From NCBI GenBank assembly GCA_030704615.1, contig CM060733.1, positions 7,316,001 through 7,380,000 of the forward strand: a DNA stretch of 64,000 nt, read 5' to 3'. Positions 13,353 to 27,159 of this stretch are shown in pieces; within the stretch, counting starts at the first letter, position 1; each line of letters opens with the position of its first letter. The notes beneath the pieces are model-generated. The model was not told the DNA's origin, did no database searches, and saw only the letters and a program-made list of their open reading frames with translations. This DNA comes from Takakia lepidozioides. Lineage: Eukaryota > Plantae > Bryophyta. Made by a program: the position numbers and the translations under genes.

Positions 13353-13767
13353 CATCTCCACCAAAACCTCCGACCCCTGGATGTACTCTTTTTCTCTGGG
13401 GGTTCGGTAATATAACAGGGATGTATGCTCTATAAAACGTGCTTTAACCGTTGCCAATACGAAGGAATCACTCGACGCAGGGCCAAGGCCAATCACAAAC
13501 AGCTGTTGAGATCAAAGAATTTTCATCCAGTCACTCAAGCACATACAGGTACACCTTATTGATTACTCAAAACATCCTGCAGCAGCACGATCGTACTTCC
13601 ATTAAATAATGGAGAGAGGCCAATCTGGATATCCAGCTGCTCGGAGAAAATCCTGCATAGCTTTATAAAAATACCCAAGTGGGGTGACTGTACAAATGGG
13701 TGTAACTGTCCCCAAGAGGAAACAACCAAAGCTCGTAGAACTAAATATATTAACACAATGAAAGAAA

Positions 13768-16700
13768 TCAAACTATTCTAGTATCACCTACAGCCTGAAG
13801 AAGGTCAGACAACAGGAAAGAGGGTGGATCAGATAGTGCGGGGAGACGAGATGAAGCCGCCCCAACATCCTCTACCCGACGTAAAATAGATTGAGCTTGA
13901 GCCTTTTGCAAAGCAACATAAACTCGTTGTCTAAAGAAAGCTACAAGAACAGAGGCATATGGGCTTCCAAAATTATTTTTTTCTGCTGCACGATGGGCAC
14001 ATGTGCGAAGGAACTCGTTGAACTGATGACGCAAACAACCAAAGATCTCGACTGCCAAAGGAAGGAATGTGTCTGTGGAATGACGTGCCCGATAGTCATG
14101 CTCATTTCCCTTCGCAACTACTGAAGCGACAACTCCCTATGATGAGGCTGTGCGGGGCAGGAGATCCGACCTAGTAGGATCAGCGATAACAACGTCCGCC
14201 AATGTACGTAGTCCGTCCTGTGAGATAACAATGTCAACCTGTTGTTGAGTGGAATGGTGATTGTGGGTCGATGGGAGTATGTGCACCTACACTCGAATAA
14301 CATGTATCCCAGCATCACGAGCAACCGCAGCTGCTGCATCCCAGACGACGTCATGGGTCGCAGTGTGTTCTCCACCGCAGGGGCAACGAATAAGATGTAC
14401 GCCGAGTGAATCGAGAGGATGGCGACAAACACACTGTTGTAGTCCTAACACAGAGGGATGCGATATGGAGGTGGTAAATACAGCAGAAGACATCCGGAAG
14501 GGTGCAATGGTTGGTCGTACCGTGAGCCACGCGCCTGCTCCGAGCCCTGCGCACGAGAGAAGTCTGGCCCGATGTGCATCTGAAGGAGCGTCGAAAAGCA
14601 TGCTGGCAAATGAGTGTTGGTGCACGCGTTCCATGATGGTATCATGTAAATGCTCCAGACCTTGAGTGACCAACTGTTCAAAGGGTGGCAGACAAGCCCG
14701 TGCTGGTGCTGGAATGAGATCCCGCGCTGAACGAAGATGTTGCTGGAAGGACAAAGAGCCATCGTCGATGTGGGCAACCACCTCCATGAGAAAAGGGCGT
14801 TGCTGACACAGAAACCGAGATGCCAAGGCTGGAGCGACTAAAGCACAACTACCTAGGAAGGCAACAGGGGCAGTGACGACTGTGGATAGTAAACCCACTC
14901 CTCCAGAAGAGATCGGGAGGGTAGCCTGACGACATGCCAAGCGCCCCTGCTCACTATCAAATGCACCTGGGCCTAATAGACAACCAAAAATCCCCCTAAC
15001 AGTCGTATCAAAAGAAGACAGAAGCACCACAAACTGGGGAGTGGGGGGGAAACAACGCAAAAGATAAGAAGGTCGCTGTAAAAAGCATTTGGTGAGAATG
15101 CCATGGGCTACCTGCATATCGCCTAGTTTGGGAAGAAGCTCTATATGGCTTGTATCATGTAGCAAAGCGTCTTGGAGGAAAGATGTTGTGTAAGGGGTAC
15201 TACCAAAGGGAACACCTAATACTCGAATACCTTCAGATGGTGCTAGAAAGTCGACAGGGGGCACGAAATTTGAAGGCAGACCAGAGGGTGACCAAACTGT
15301 GGATTTACGAGGTTGAACAGTGAGCCCAAGAGAGTGAAGTTGGGTAGCAAAGTGATGGAAAGCCAAAATGATATCAGTGGGAGGGCCAATGATGTGGGTA
15401 TCATCAGCAATAGAAGGAAATATACAGGATTGGAAGGCTTGCGCAGATGAGCGAAGGGCTCGGAAGTGGGCAAAAGCAAAAAGAGGTCCCCTAATGGATC
15501 GCCCTGACGGGTTCCTACTTCGGACTGGATTATAGAAAGATCTCCGGTACGGGTGTGATGACTGTAAAACAAAGGGGTGGAGGAAGCATAAAACAATCTC
15601 ACAAAGGGAATGAGTTAATGGCATGCGCCGCCGGCTGATTGCAGTTCTTGAAATATTGCTGATCTGGACACCGTGTTGAAGGCGTTGGTCATATCCACCT
15701 GAAGGACAACCCAGTCTGGATGAAGGTCAAGGGAAGCCCGAATCCCATGCACCACCGCTTTACAACCTCCCGGAGTAACGACCCCAAACTGATGTGGAGA
15801 AAAGTGAGAAAAAAAGACCTCCCGAAACTAGATGCAGATAGAGCGGCTCACCAAGCAATACAAAACCTCCCCCACTGCAATAGAACAAATCCCACCTGTG
15901 TTCTTGGACATGGCCAAGAGTCGTGCTGCTCCAAGCAAACATGCTACTGGGGTAGGTATATGTCCCATCGCAATGAAAGAGCAAACTTGGACGATTCAAT
16001 CCTTGTTATTATAGAAAAATGTGCCAAGCAGCAATGTCGTAAGGGTCCCGAACAAGGCGGTCCAAGGGTAAGCGAAAAGCATGTTGTACCTCTCTGCGAA
16101 GCGCCATTGGGATGCGTGTATAGAGTCGGGGACAGGGCAAACCCAAATGAAGTGCTCCCAAAACATCAAGGGTCGCAATCCAAAGCCATGCCTGGGCAGA
16201 AGGAGCTACTAACGGGGTAGACAAATGACTGTCTAGAGAAGACTGATTGAGTGTAGAACACGTGTGCCGATGACGCGCAAGCCCCCTGATACGGGCAAAC
16301 ATCTGACCACAACCTGGACAAGGCACTCGGTCTGGTGGAGAAGATGGTGGTGCTGGTGGGGGGAGACAAGATGGAGCAAAAGAACGGGCGGTCTGATTAA
16401 GTGAACCTGTCCGCTGTCTAGAAGGAGGTGGCGAGCCAGGTGGAGAGGTAAGCTCTGTGGGAGGTGTACCTGAAAGGCGAATTGGGGAAGGGCCACTGAC
16501 CCCTTGATTTGGAGTTGTTGTGCCTCGCTTGGGATTGTCGGGTATCATTCCTGTAGAGCTGTGACCTTGGGTAGAGTGGGAGGGTTCACCATTAGCAACG
16601 CTTCCTCTCCTCCGTGGAAGAGGGCTACTGTGACCGGAGAGGGAGGGTGTAGGAGTACTCTTGGCCCCATTTCTACTGCTCCTAGGATTGTCTTGCAAGG

Positions 16701-17040
16701 AGGGACAGGGCCCACCACCAATATTGCCCCTGGCTGTACCATGGCTCTGGCGGATGTGCCTAGAGCAAGGGGGCTGACCACCCTGGCTTCTAGGGTTACC
16801 TTGTGTGGCAGAGAAAGGCCCACCATTATCATGCTGAAGGCTGGTGTGTGAGGAGTGGGCGGGTCTGGCACCAGCCTGCACAGCTGCTGTGTCCCGTTTA
16901 GGCCCAGGGTGTCTACCGCCTGTAGCCGCCCGCTGTCCGCCATCTGCCTGTGCCCGCTGTCGGCCATCGCTTTTCACCATCTTCACCTCTACGTTGCCCG
17001 CTGTCTGCACTACAGTCTGCCACACTGCCATTCTAAGCAC
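13768..17040 (-). mobile_element. CRE-clade-like non-LTR retrotransposon (C2H2 finger, RT, CCHC, restriction-like endonuclease), degenerate
   Basis: CPGC..H..C finger at ~16330-16260. RT motifs HQFGV, VLQVDMTNAFNTVSR, GTRQGDPL, SIADDTH, GIRVLGVPFGS, LPISSGGVGL. C-terminal CVC..HLIRC..THD, QVDIV..LADVVIADP and FLPLAVEIFG. Several frameshifts and stops. Confidence 0.8.
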
Positions 17041-17611
17041 AAAGCTGTGATATGATCTGCATGCTCATGCTAATCCCCGCCCTCACTCATAAAACCTGTT
17101 TCCACCGTCAACTTTTCCTGAAGATCCCAACCCATTCATGTACAAGAGACCATGGAAAATCTAACTACTGTCTCTTATTGATTACAAGATCTCACATGAC
17201 CCACCTCAGCACTAGGCTGGTCCTATCATATTACTGTTAGTGTAGGACAAATTAAGTAGTCAAAGATAGACCGGGTTGGGGTTGTATGCAAGTAGAGACT
17301 AGAGACTCTCGACAGCCACCTCGCGGCAAGCACTCAACTCAGGTTCTGCCCGCATAATCATCCGCCCTCTCTATCTCTTGGACCTCCTCCTTCCATGATG
17401 AACGCAAACATCATCAACAATCCAGCAAATTGCTCGTTTATAAGTTGTTGCAATGCCAAAATGGTTGTAATCACGCGTTTGGAGGCCACGAAGAGCACCA
17501 AGGCCACAAGAATATTATGCCTTCCTGCTTCCATGCTTCCAGTTTAGGGATACACAATTTGCGGGGAGAAGCGCAGAAGACAAAGCACTGACGAAGGGGG
17601 GAGTGGTGTAT

Positions 17612-17755
17612 GTTGGGCCTTAGGATTGGGCCCAATAGGTTTACACGGAGAGGGCCCAATTCCTTGAAAATGATATCTTTGTCATTTCATTCAGCCCGAT
17701 TGTGGGCCCCAAAGCTCAAGTCTTGGGCCCTAGGCCCTCGTGTAAACCGGCCCTT
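17612..17755 (+). promoter_or_regulatory. Cluster of site II-like TGGGCY/GGCCCA motifs upstream of the oxygenase gene
   Basis: At least five TGGGCC/GGCCCA-type motifs 230-370 bp upstream of the ATG at 17980. Confidence 0.45.
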
Positions 17756-17979
17756 GTTAGACAACGTGCCAATGCTTCAGCAGCCTGCGCTTAGCAATGG
17801 GTTTAGTTTAATAAGGTTGGGGGCGGAGGATGCTGAGCGTGGAGATGGCGAGATCCCAGTGCACCGTGGGACTAGTGTTTGCAGGAAGAGCGGGCTTTGG
17901 TCAATACAACACAGGAGCCTTGGATTATGTGATGTAGAATCGCCTCACCAAATCCAATTACGTACATGAACCGCAGGGC

Positions 17980-20900
17980 ATGAGACAGCAAGGGAAGGAA
18001 GGTGAGGCGATGGCGGGCACTCGCTTGCTCATGCCCAATTTCCTCCCTGCGCAAGTCTGCAAGGTTTGTCTAGTCTTTTTCTTTACAGCCCGAAACTCCC
18101 TATCGCTTCCGAGTTTTCAGTGAAGGGGAGAGGGGAGGGGGGAGGGAGGTTCAGTACACGGAAGCATCAGGCGGGCTGGAATATTGGCCATATCCACGTC
18201 CTATTCCGGATGCTTGTATGAAACATAAAAGCGCCCGTCACTTGTTCCATTTTTGGCTTTGACATGTAATAGCGAATCGCAAACGGTCGAAGAGGAACTG
18301 CGAGGAACCCAGGTTCAGTGGACATTAATCCATATGGTTTCAACTTATTTTGCACAGAAGCTAAGCTTCCATCAAGCGAAGATCGGTTTGTAGATGTGAC
18401 AATGCAGGGCCATATGCAAATACGAAAGACGAATCGGTTTCAATTGGTTCCAGATTGTTGGGTGAATGCAGGAGTTGGAGTTTATTCACAAGAGCTGTGG
18501 TGTTGTGGGCTACCGGCCTCAAGTGCTCAGCACCACTCTGTCGCATTTGGTGGCCACCAATGGTGCTGCACTCCTCATACCCTTTATTGCCGTCCGGGGT
18601 GAGTTCTTCATTATAATTGCCACCTTCTGCTGTGTTTCGATTTCTAGCGCACCTTCAGTTTGTCTACCGATTATTCATTTTGTTTGAGAGGGTGGCAGTG
18701 TGATCTATTCCTCTGTTCTATGCTGCTTAAAAGTCACATGTGGGATGGGCTGGTTGCATATGGGGGCAGAAAAGGTGAAAGAGGCGGTTGAGGAATATTT
18801 TGCTTGTGAGTTTGAGCTTTTTGTCGAATTCACTGGCTTGATCAGGTAAGTGACTGGAAGCAGAATGAGCCAGTATAAGGAACAGAAAGAGGGGGGTTGA
18901 CGGTTATGCGGAATGATCATCTGCACTCAAAATGACGAAATGTCTATCTGTGTGCCAAAATACAGCACGATTTAAACTTGCGGCTGGAAGAACATATGTG
19001 AAGATAACCTGTCTTTTGGGATGAGCTGGAAGTTTTTACGGACAGTCTCACAGAATTTCAACCACAGCTATGGAAATGTGGGAACAAGTAGACTGAACAG
19101 TTGTGCATAGTTCCGGCAATTTGGAGAGCTTACTGGGAGGAGTTTTCTGTTGTGTTATGCCCTTGTGATTTCATGGTTGTTAAGGGTACGAAGGGAAGGT
19201 GCAGCTGGACCCGAGGGGCAAAGATAGGATGGCACACTGACAACAATCGACCTTACCTTCAGCAACGCCACTTTTCGGTGGGTCTGCCTTTTCACTTCTT
19301 TTGCAAAGGATATGACTACAAACTTTTAGGTATGTGGAAGGGAGGTAGGTTGGATGGGACCAGAGGACACTCATTCATGTTTTATTGCATCGCAGGCAGT
19401 GTGCTACTTGAATACTTGTGAGCAGGACTTCCAAGGGGGTCTCTTCCATTTTCAAAAGGGCAAACCTTCCACAGTTGTCCCAACAATTGGGGTACTGCTC
19501 CTTATCTCTGTGCCTATTTTGACATGCTGGCTGGGTACATTAATTTTGCTTCAATGTCCTGCTACTTGTGTGTACCTTACTCTGCTGTATTGCGCTTCTC
19601 CTCTTTCTGCTAGTGACTTATGCATTCACCTTTGGATTGGTATCACCCTAGACTCTAGGCAAGCCTCTCATGTGTCTCTGTGCACTGGTGGCATATGTAC
19701 TCGTTGCTTCAACTAGCAAGTATGCCCATCTGCAAGTTGGTAGCATAGGTCAGTATTCTCACAGTGTGTGTGAAGTATTTTGGTTTAAAGTTTTCTGTGA
19801 GTGGAGTTCAATTGCATCTGAAGCTGATATGACGCCTGTGTCTATCCAGAGTGTGGTCATCTACTCAGCTGATGAAGAAAATGTGCACTGTGTAGATGAG
19901 GTCAGTTATTCTTCTGATGGACCATGTGTCAGCAACCTCTATTTTCGGACTGACTTTGCAACTAATTCTGCTAAAGGTTGTATATTGACATTGATTCAAG
20001 TGTAGAGATGTGAAGTGAGATTCCAGTGCAAAGGTGGAAAATTAAAGGATAGACCATGGAGAGGGGGATGGAGGATGGAATCTGTTCTGGTGATTTTGTT
20101 CCTTTTATGTTGAGTGGAGAGATGTAGCCTAACCAGAACATGATAGGCAGAGGAGGACTCAAGCTTGGGACCCAAATATATCTGAGAGTATGCCATTTCT
20201 TGGTCAACTCTGTAATGATTAGTCTCCAGTGGGCATAGTTTGAAGAAGACATGATTTTGTAATGTTCCATCATTTTGGTGTGTAAATATATGTTTTAACT
20301 TGGAATCAGGGAGTGTGAGTTTGAAATGACCTGTTCGTTTGAGCACTAATTGAAATGACCTGTCTGGATATGTGCAAGTAGGTTACCAAAGGTGAGCGCT
20401 GCACATTGGCATTGTGGTTTACCCGTGACTCCTCGCATGATGAAGACCGTAAGCTTATCCAACAGCTGTCTGGAGCTATGTCCCAACCCGCCCCCTGCCT
20501 AACCTTGGACGATTGGGCTGAAACCAGGCATCTGCAAGTGGTTGAAATGGGTGATGTATCACTTGGTGCTGAAACACTGTCCAAACAGTGTACTAGTCAG
20601 TTGAAAGGGAAGGCGGACAGTCCTTTACGGGAAATTAGTGATCTAACACAAGCTTCAGTGGAGGCAGTTTCTAGAATACCAACAGGGGATCCAGTGTTGG
20701 GATTCCCACCTTTGTCACACAGATGGCTTCCAGTAGCAGCATCAAGCAGCATGTATTGGATTTCTGGAAAGGATTATGATTCCAAAAGTGATACGGGCAG
20801 TAACCAACAAAGTCCTGCTGACGTCAGCGATGAAGGTATTTTTGTTGAACACAGGTCAGGCTCTGACATCCGTGTGGTCAGGCTTGCAGTATTGGGCTTC

Positions 20901-21785
20901 CACTATCCATGTCCCTCTACTGATTCAGACATATATCGGCAAAGGAGCAGCAAGGGATTTGATTTCGATATATCGAATTTATTTGACAAATCACTCCAGC
21001 TGGAATGGAATTCACAGCGCTTTCCATTTGTGTTTGCAAATGCTCTGCATGTCCTTCAGGTTCTCTCTTGGATCTTGCTCTTCTTCCATCTATTGTGTGT
21101 CAATGTGGGACCCACCCTAATCCCAAATAGGTCCTCAGCACAAGCGCCACAGTGCTCTTGCTCTCTAACTGGCAGGCTACTCCAGAGTGACTGGTAGTTG
21201 TTTGAATTCCTCTGTTCTGGTCTTTAATGTTACTTACATTGCAGAGGGTCCAGTCGTTGTCTCCCACATAAGACTGCTTGGAATATTTATCAACGAGTGT
21301 TCATCTGAACACAGGTAGCACAGTTCCGTGAGTGGAGGAGAGGGGAGAAGGCATTGTGTTGTGAACTTGAGCAAACTCATGTGCAGTCGAAAGTCAAACA
21401 ACAAGCTGATGCCTGTGTCCCCCACATGTCCAAAAAGCGCTGCATTCCAGCTGCGAGGTTGCTGCCTTCCTCATGGAATGATATGACACCGAAGAGGGTA
21501 GGCTTGGGTGATTCATCCAGTTCACAAAGTGAGGCAGATCTCAATACTGCAGGTTTGACCACTATTAGTCTTACTGGTTCACAATTACTTTCAAGGGACT
21601 GCAGTCATGAAGTGGAGTACAGATATCCATTATTTGTGTGCCAATGTTCTCACAACAAGTCCACTAACAGTGTTTTGAACATGGTGAAGGAATGGGAGTT
21701 GTACGTAAGCAATTTGTGGGAGAGTCTGTCAGAGTCCTTCCCCCATTGGCAAGCATCTGGATCTTTGTTCACAATTTCTTCTTGA
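17980..21785 (+). CDS. 2-oxoglutarate/Fe(II)-dependent oxygenase, prolyl 3-hydroxylase-like (At1g68080-like), 8 exons, apparently intact
   Basis: Exons 17980-18063, 18472-18598, 18770-18845, 19205-19277, 19396-19491, 19850-19900, 20382-21059 and 21315-21785 have GT-AG boundaries and join in frame: ..ELEFIHKS..GYRPQVLSTTLSHL..FVEFTGLISWTRGAKIGWHTDNNRPYL..AVCYLN..GGLFHF..NVHCVDEVTKGERCTLALWF. HxD...H...R ligands are present. Confidence 0.92.
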
Positions 21786-22458
21786 GATTGATCAATTGTC
21801 ATGTTTGTTTGATGCTCTTCTCTTGACTTAGTTTCAGGCTCTAGTTTCAGTATCTCATGTGATCTTCACCAATTCCTGATGCATAAATCTAGACCTTGGC
21901 AAATTCAAAAGCATGGTCATTGATGTGAGAGTGCTTGGGACCATCCTGCTACCAAGGAGACCCAAATTCTGACCAGAAAGTGATAGGTTGATTTCCAGCA
22001 GTTGAGCTAATTGGTACTTGGTCAAAACCAGTGGATGCCTCTCCCACCAGCTTTCCTTATTCTATGCATCCTGCAAGGAAAAACTGTATCCCTATTTCCA
22101 GCAGCTGAGTGGTAGAAAGGACGAGCCATATGCTTCAACAGCAACCTCCTAATGTTATATATGATAAAGGTGAATTCCTTCGGAAAATGCACAAGATGAA
22201 CAGCCGTACATCTCTTCTCTTAAGTTGGGTCAAGGAGCTCTTGAATTCCAGCAATGTTCCATACCTGAGTGGCAGAGAGTCATCAAGGGCACGTGCATTG
22301 GCTCCCCTTCAAATATAGTGGGCATTTTCCGGGGTCCTTTGACAGCTAGTAGATAGGACATGGGCTTTGCCTTTGCAACCTTTCCACTCTCATCGGCCCA
22401 ACCTCCATGGGAGAGTAACAAAGCATGGTACATGCTAGCCTTGCCCTGCATCATCTCA

Positions 22459-22575
22459 GAGTAGGGATATTGTTCCAAATAATGGTGTCATCATCTCGAA
22501 ATAAGGATCTTGTTTCAAACAATGGTGTCAATCTTAGAGTAAGGATCTTGTTCCAATTAATGGTGTAATCTTAGC
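22459..22575. repeat. Short tandem repeat, ~39 bp x3
   Basis: GAGTAAGGATCTTGTTCCAAATAATGGTGTCAATCTTA-like unit repeated three times. Confidence 0.7.
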
Positions 22576-23073
22576 CTTGGAAAACGTGTGCATGATGATG
22601 AAATCGATCATCTTTTGGATGAATTTCGATTCATCTCATATTTGGGCATTATTTGTATGAAGATATGTATGGTGAACAATTTGGAGCGATTAAACAAATA
22701 TTGCTTCATCATACCTAACTGTAGCATACAAACATGTATCGAACATACCTAAAAGATTACACATAACTTAACATCCAATAGAAAATAAAGATGTTGGGTT
22801 GTCAGCATAAACATCTATTTGTTTTATTTACATACGAAATGTAAGTGTACACGCGTGTACCCAAATATTGAATATGTATGATGATACTTATTCATGGTTC
22901 TGAGTCCTATAGCATTCTACGGGCTCAGTCTAATTGAACGGCGCTGGCATGAAATGATTCAAAACGCGCGATAGGTTGTATTGGTCCTCTGAGTTGTTGT
23001 CGTAAAGCATCCGAAGTACACTAGTAAAATAATTTCTCGTAGAAGTATCTTTTGAACAGCTGAACATTAATTC

Positions 23074-24060
23074 TTGCTGCAGTTTTACCAACAACAAATG
23101 TCAACAAGGCCATGCTGTGAGAAGATCTTGGAAATGTTCCCTTCCACATGGTTGTTTGATGAACTATACACTATTGCAATTTCTGGTACTACCCACCGTT
23201 TGGACGCCAATGCATGTTTCATCAACGCAGGGCTTTCAAAATATATGCAGACATTTTGGAGGCCTCCGTGGATGATGACATTCCCCGATCGCAACACCCG
23301 ATGTACACATCATCGCTACAACCTACAAGGAGTAGCCATGAGCTTGAAGTCCAAGGATCAACGACTACAGATAGCTATACAGATGTCGATTGGTGAGGGA
23401 ACGTGGATGACAGAAGATCCACCTCAGGAGATGTGTTTATGCTCGGAGGAGGCACAATCAGTTGGAAATAGCAGCAAGCAACGGACCGGTGCACTGTCGA
23501 ATACAGAAGCCGAGTACATTGCTACGAGCAATGCTACTAAGCATGCACTTTGGCTACGAAGTTTTATGAACGGCGTTGGTTTCCCACAGACTATCCCAAC
23601 TACGTTATTTGCTGATAATCAGGATTGCATTCACTTGGCAAGGAACCCAGTTCACCAGTCACGTACCAAGCACATTGAGATTCACTATCATTTCATTCGT
23701 GAAAAGGTTGGCTCAGATATATATTTAGTCTACTGCCATACAACTAGACAAATTGCGGACATTCTTACGTCCAAGGCTCTGGCTAAGGAGAAATATTTCA
23801 CTTTTATGGGAATGATCGGTTGCAAGAGGTTATCATACTAAGTGGGAGTGTTAAAAGCGGTGCATTATGCCACCTCATGCAAACCTCTCGGCTGATCGAT
23901 AGCAGTTAGCATGTCAGGATTTGTATAACTACGAGATGGTAACGGTGACACAAATTAATTATGAGAGATATCAAGGAAGTTACGGTGACCCCTAGCGGTC
24001 ACTCCTTGTATTTAATTGCTATTGTTTGTTTGCAACTAAAGTGTGCGTTCCTGTTACACA
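23074..24060 (+). mobile_element. Ty1/Copia remnant: RT end and RNase H, polypurine tract, start of 3' LTR
   Basis: SKQRTGALSNTEAEYIA..LWLRSF..DNQDCIHLARNPVHQSRTKHIEIHYHFIRE..QIADILT, followed by AAGTGGGAG|TG (LTR start at 23849). The LTR end is uncertain. Confidence 0.85.
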
Positions 24061-24199
24061 AACCCAGTGTGCTCATGCAGTCTCTTCACGCTCTCTTTTT
24101 TACCCGTTGCCTTACAATGGTACCCCCTTGGAGATGGTCCGCCCCCCTTAGGGCCAACTTCCATGTCCCGGCCGTCGGCCAAGATTGCACTAGATGACA

Positions 24200-24900
24200 A
24201 AAACGACATCATGCTTCCATGTGTTAATTTTCGCCGGCACCCAGATATCGGTGGCTGACATCGGTGAGCGCAATAGGGGCGCAATACCTGTGAATTTGCG
24301 CCAGAGTTCATGGCCGATAATCGGTAATCGCTTTTGACCTGTTGTACTGGGTTACCATGTCTCTTTTACCTGCTGTGAAGGTCAACTTTGTGCACATTGC
24401 TCATTATTGCTCATCTCTCTTGACCGCTCCCGTGGGACCCATGCTTTGCCAAGTGGCCGGCTCAATTGGTCCGGGCCTTGGACAGCCAGGCAAACCTACT
24501 GCCTGATTGCTTTTGAACCCTATGCACAGAAAAGCAACCATCCATGCCAACAGTCGGCCATGCTCCACCGATGTCAGCTAACTTTGGATAACTTGGCCGA
24601 GATGGCCAGGACATGGAAGCTGGGCCTTATATGTAGGCAGGATGGTGTGCCCTTGGTACGTTCCTTATATGTTCGCAGGATAATGGTATGCCCTTGGAGA
24701 TGGTACTTGAGGGAAGACTAATTTGACCAGTTCTTTGGGGCCTTTCGGTGGACTGTTTGGAGTCCAAGTTTGCGAACTTCTTGAGCCTCGGCGGGTCTAT
24801 GTTAGGGGCTGATCGAGGGAAGATTTCAGAAGTTCATGGCAATAATTTGAGGGCTCTTGAGAGTTATTTGAGAGGTCCTTTAAGGATAGTCTTATCTATA
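24200..24900 (-). mobile_element. Possible highly decayed Gypsy RNase H remnant
   Basis: Minus-strand fragments LKYHLQGHTIILRT and GWLLFC.*GS..SNN resemble RNase H segments of Tat/Athila-type elements; many stops. Confidence 0.3.
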
Positions 24901-25936
24901 GTGCAAGCAAGAGTGGGTGTGAAGATAGGGGGAGTAATGGGATGAGAGCACTGGGCTTAGAGATTGTTTTAGCTTCTCTTCTCCATAGTCTTCCATCATT
25001 CTTGTAGGCCAAAGCTTTTCCATAAGCGGAGGCAGAGCTAGTTTGGATAGAGACTTGGCCATCTTGTAGGTTTATTGGAGCCGCAAGGAGGTCGACTGAT
25101 TTAAGGTGTGGGAGGTGTTGTTGTTTCAGTTTCATGTGTTTGGATCCTCCTCCCACACATGCATGCTTGACTGTGCGCCATGCTAGTTTGGTTTGGGCGC
25201 TTGTCTTCATAGGTGGTTGGTCCAGAATTATTGTGGCAGGCCAACCCTAGAGCGTGCTGTCGGTGGTGAGGCTGGGGTAATGACCAGCAAACCATCATTG
25301 TTTCTCTTATGGTGAGGCTGGGTTGATGACCAACAGACCATAGGAGTGCTTGTGGTGGATGCAGATGCAGGTACAGGTTTATACTAGGAACCTAGTATTC
25401 CAAACCATAAGCCGCAACAGGTTCTCTACCCGGTTACCTTGTGGAAATGGGGATTAGAGACAGGTTTACAACCAGTTTCAGTGTGAGTTTTTATCACGGA
25501 GGTGCCACCAGTTGCTGAGGAGAGTGCCAGTACGAGTACCAGCGATACTAGTGGGTATACAAGACGAGGTGTGTTGTTCAAGCCACCTTCACCTTCATTG
25601 TCTTCTAAGGAAAGTTCAGACTCGGAGTCAGGAAGATTCTCGCCAAGGGTGCAAGCCATTTCCGTGCCATTGTTCTCGGATACAATGTAGGAAATGTATG
25701 GAGCTACCAAGGGGCCTCGTCGCTACCCTAGAGCTATTAGTATGCATTCACGCATTGTCCTCCTGGATGTGCATGATGCATGATGGCCTCGAAAACATAT
25801 TGTGAGTTCGAAGCCCGTACACCCTTATTTCTTGAATGATATGGTATACCTTCAATCCTTAGTTTACAAGTCCCCATTATGTGCATAATTATGGGGCCTC
25901 ATTTTCACATCACATTCTCTGTGCTTTTTTTTGCAG

Positions 25937-27159
25937 GCTCCGCTGTGGTGCACTCGTCAAAAAAACCACTGACATATGGTTTTTGAAAGGCTCGGGTATT
26001 CTGGCGGTGCCTCTTAGACTAGAAGATGCAGATGACTTGCAATCTAGAAGAGGCTGGATAAGTGATCGTCTCATGGACTTCTGGGTGTCAGCTAAACTGC
26101 TTTCTATTCCCGAAGATGTGTGCAATAAAATTCGTGTGTTAGATAGCTTTACATGGATTTGCCTTCACGATCATTGTGCCAAGTATGGCAATGGAGTGGA
26201 GTCTGTACGGACTTGGATGCAAAGAAGGTTCCCTAACCTGAGTTCTGAGGGTGTTGAAGCCGTTATTGTGCCAATTGTGGTCAAGTGAGTTTCCTGTGTA
26301 GCCATTACCCTTTCTGCTGAATGTGTTTTGCAATCGCATTCTTGCATACAGAACTGGACTAACCTGCTTGTGTTTCCTTGTTCTGCAGCTTTCATTGGAG
26401 TGTGGTGATTTTGGAACGGACTCGCTACATTCACTTGAATAGCATGAAAACCACACACAAGCACCAGTATTTGAAGCCATTGTTTGCTATGTTCTGGACT
26501 ATGCTCAGAGGAATCTCCCCTGACACCCCGGAGTGGAAGGATGGTACTGATGCGAAGCAGTGGACATGCCCGACTGTTCCACAGCAGGCCAACTTATTCG
26601 AGTGTGGTTTGTTTGCGTGTCATTACATTGACTTATACTTGGAACAAACGTTTCTGAACCCACAACCTCATGGTGCAGGCCCGGTAAGATGGACGTTATC
26701 CTGGTTTACATGGTTGTTTGTCGACTGGTTTACTTCTGTAGCATGAACAATGACGGAAGGCACTATGTATAGAAACATGTGTCACCTTCAATGTGCTTCT
26801 TTACATCAATCAATTCTCCCTTACAGAAACAAGTGTGGTTTACTTGTGGCCAATGATATCCACACATGCACATGATCATTCCTTGTTCATTCTTTGCTTG
26901 TGCATTCTTTGTTCCTCTTTGCTTGCAGCTCACAGCAAACTGGTTCCCTGTTGAGGCCAGGCTCCAGAAAAGATATGACATGTTCATTTTGGATGAGCTT
27001 CAGGGTCAACCAACGCACCAGCTTCCATATGCACTTCCCCCCAGTCCAAACAAGTCAGTAGTTGGTTGCAGCAGCCCCTTCCACCTTCTCACCGACATTC
27101 CAGCTCCGATCACACGCACACGTTGTAAACGTCCCAGGAAAGCCGCAAAACTGCAGTGA
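25937..27159 (+). CDS. Ulp1-family (Peptidase C48) cysteine protease, spliced, probably CACTA cargo; 5' end not resolved
   Basis: Exons ~25937-26285, ~26389-26683 and ~26929-27159: GWISDRLMDFW, VLDSF, VIVPIV..FHWSVVI, YIHLNSM, PQQANLFECGLF. Confidence 0.8.

Noticed and set aside
23019-23040. CACTAGTAAAA as left TIR of the first CACTA region
   Set aside because: No subterminal repeats and no matching right end found; it is followed directly by a Copia remnant.
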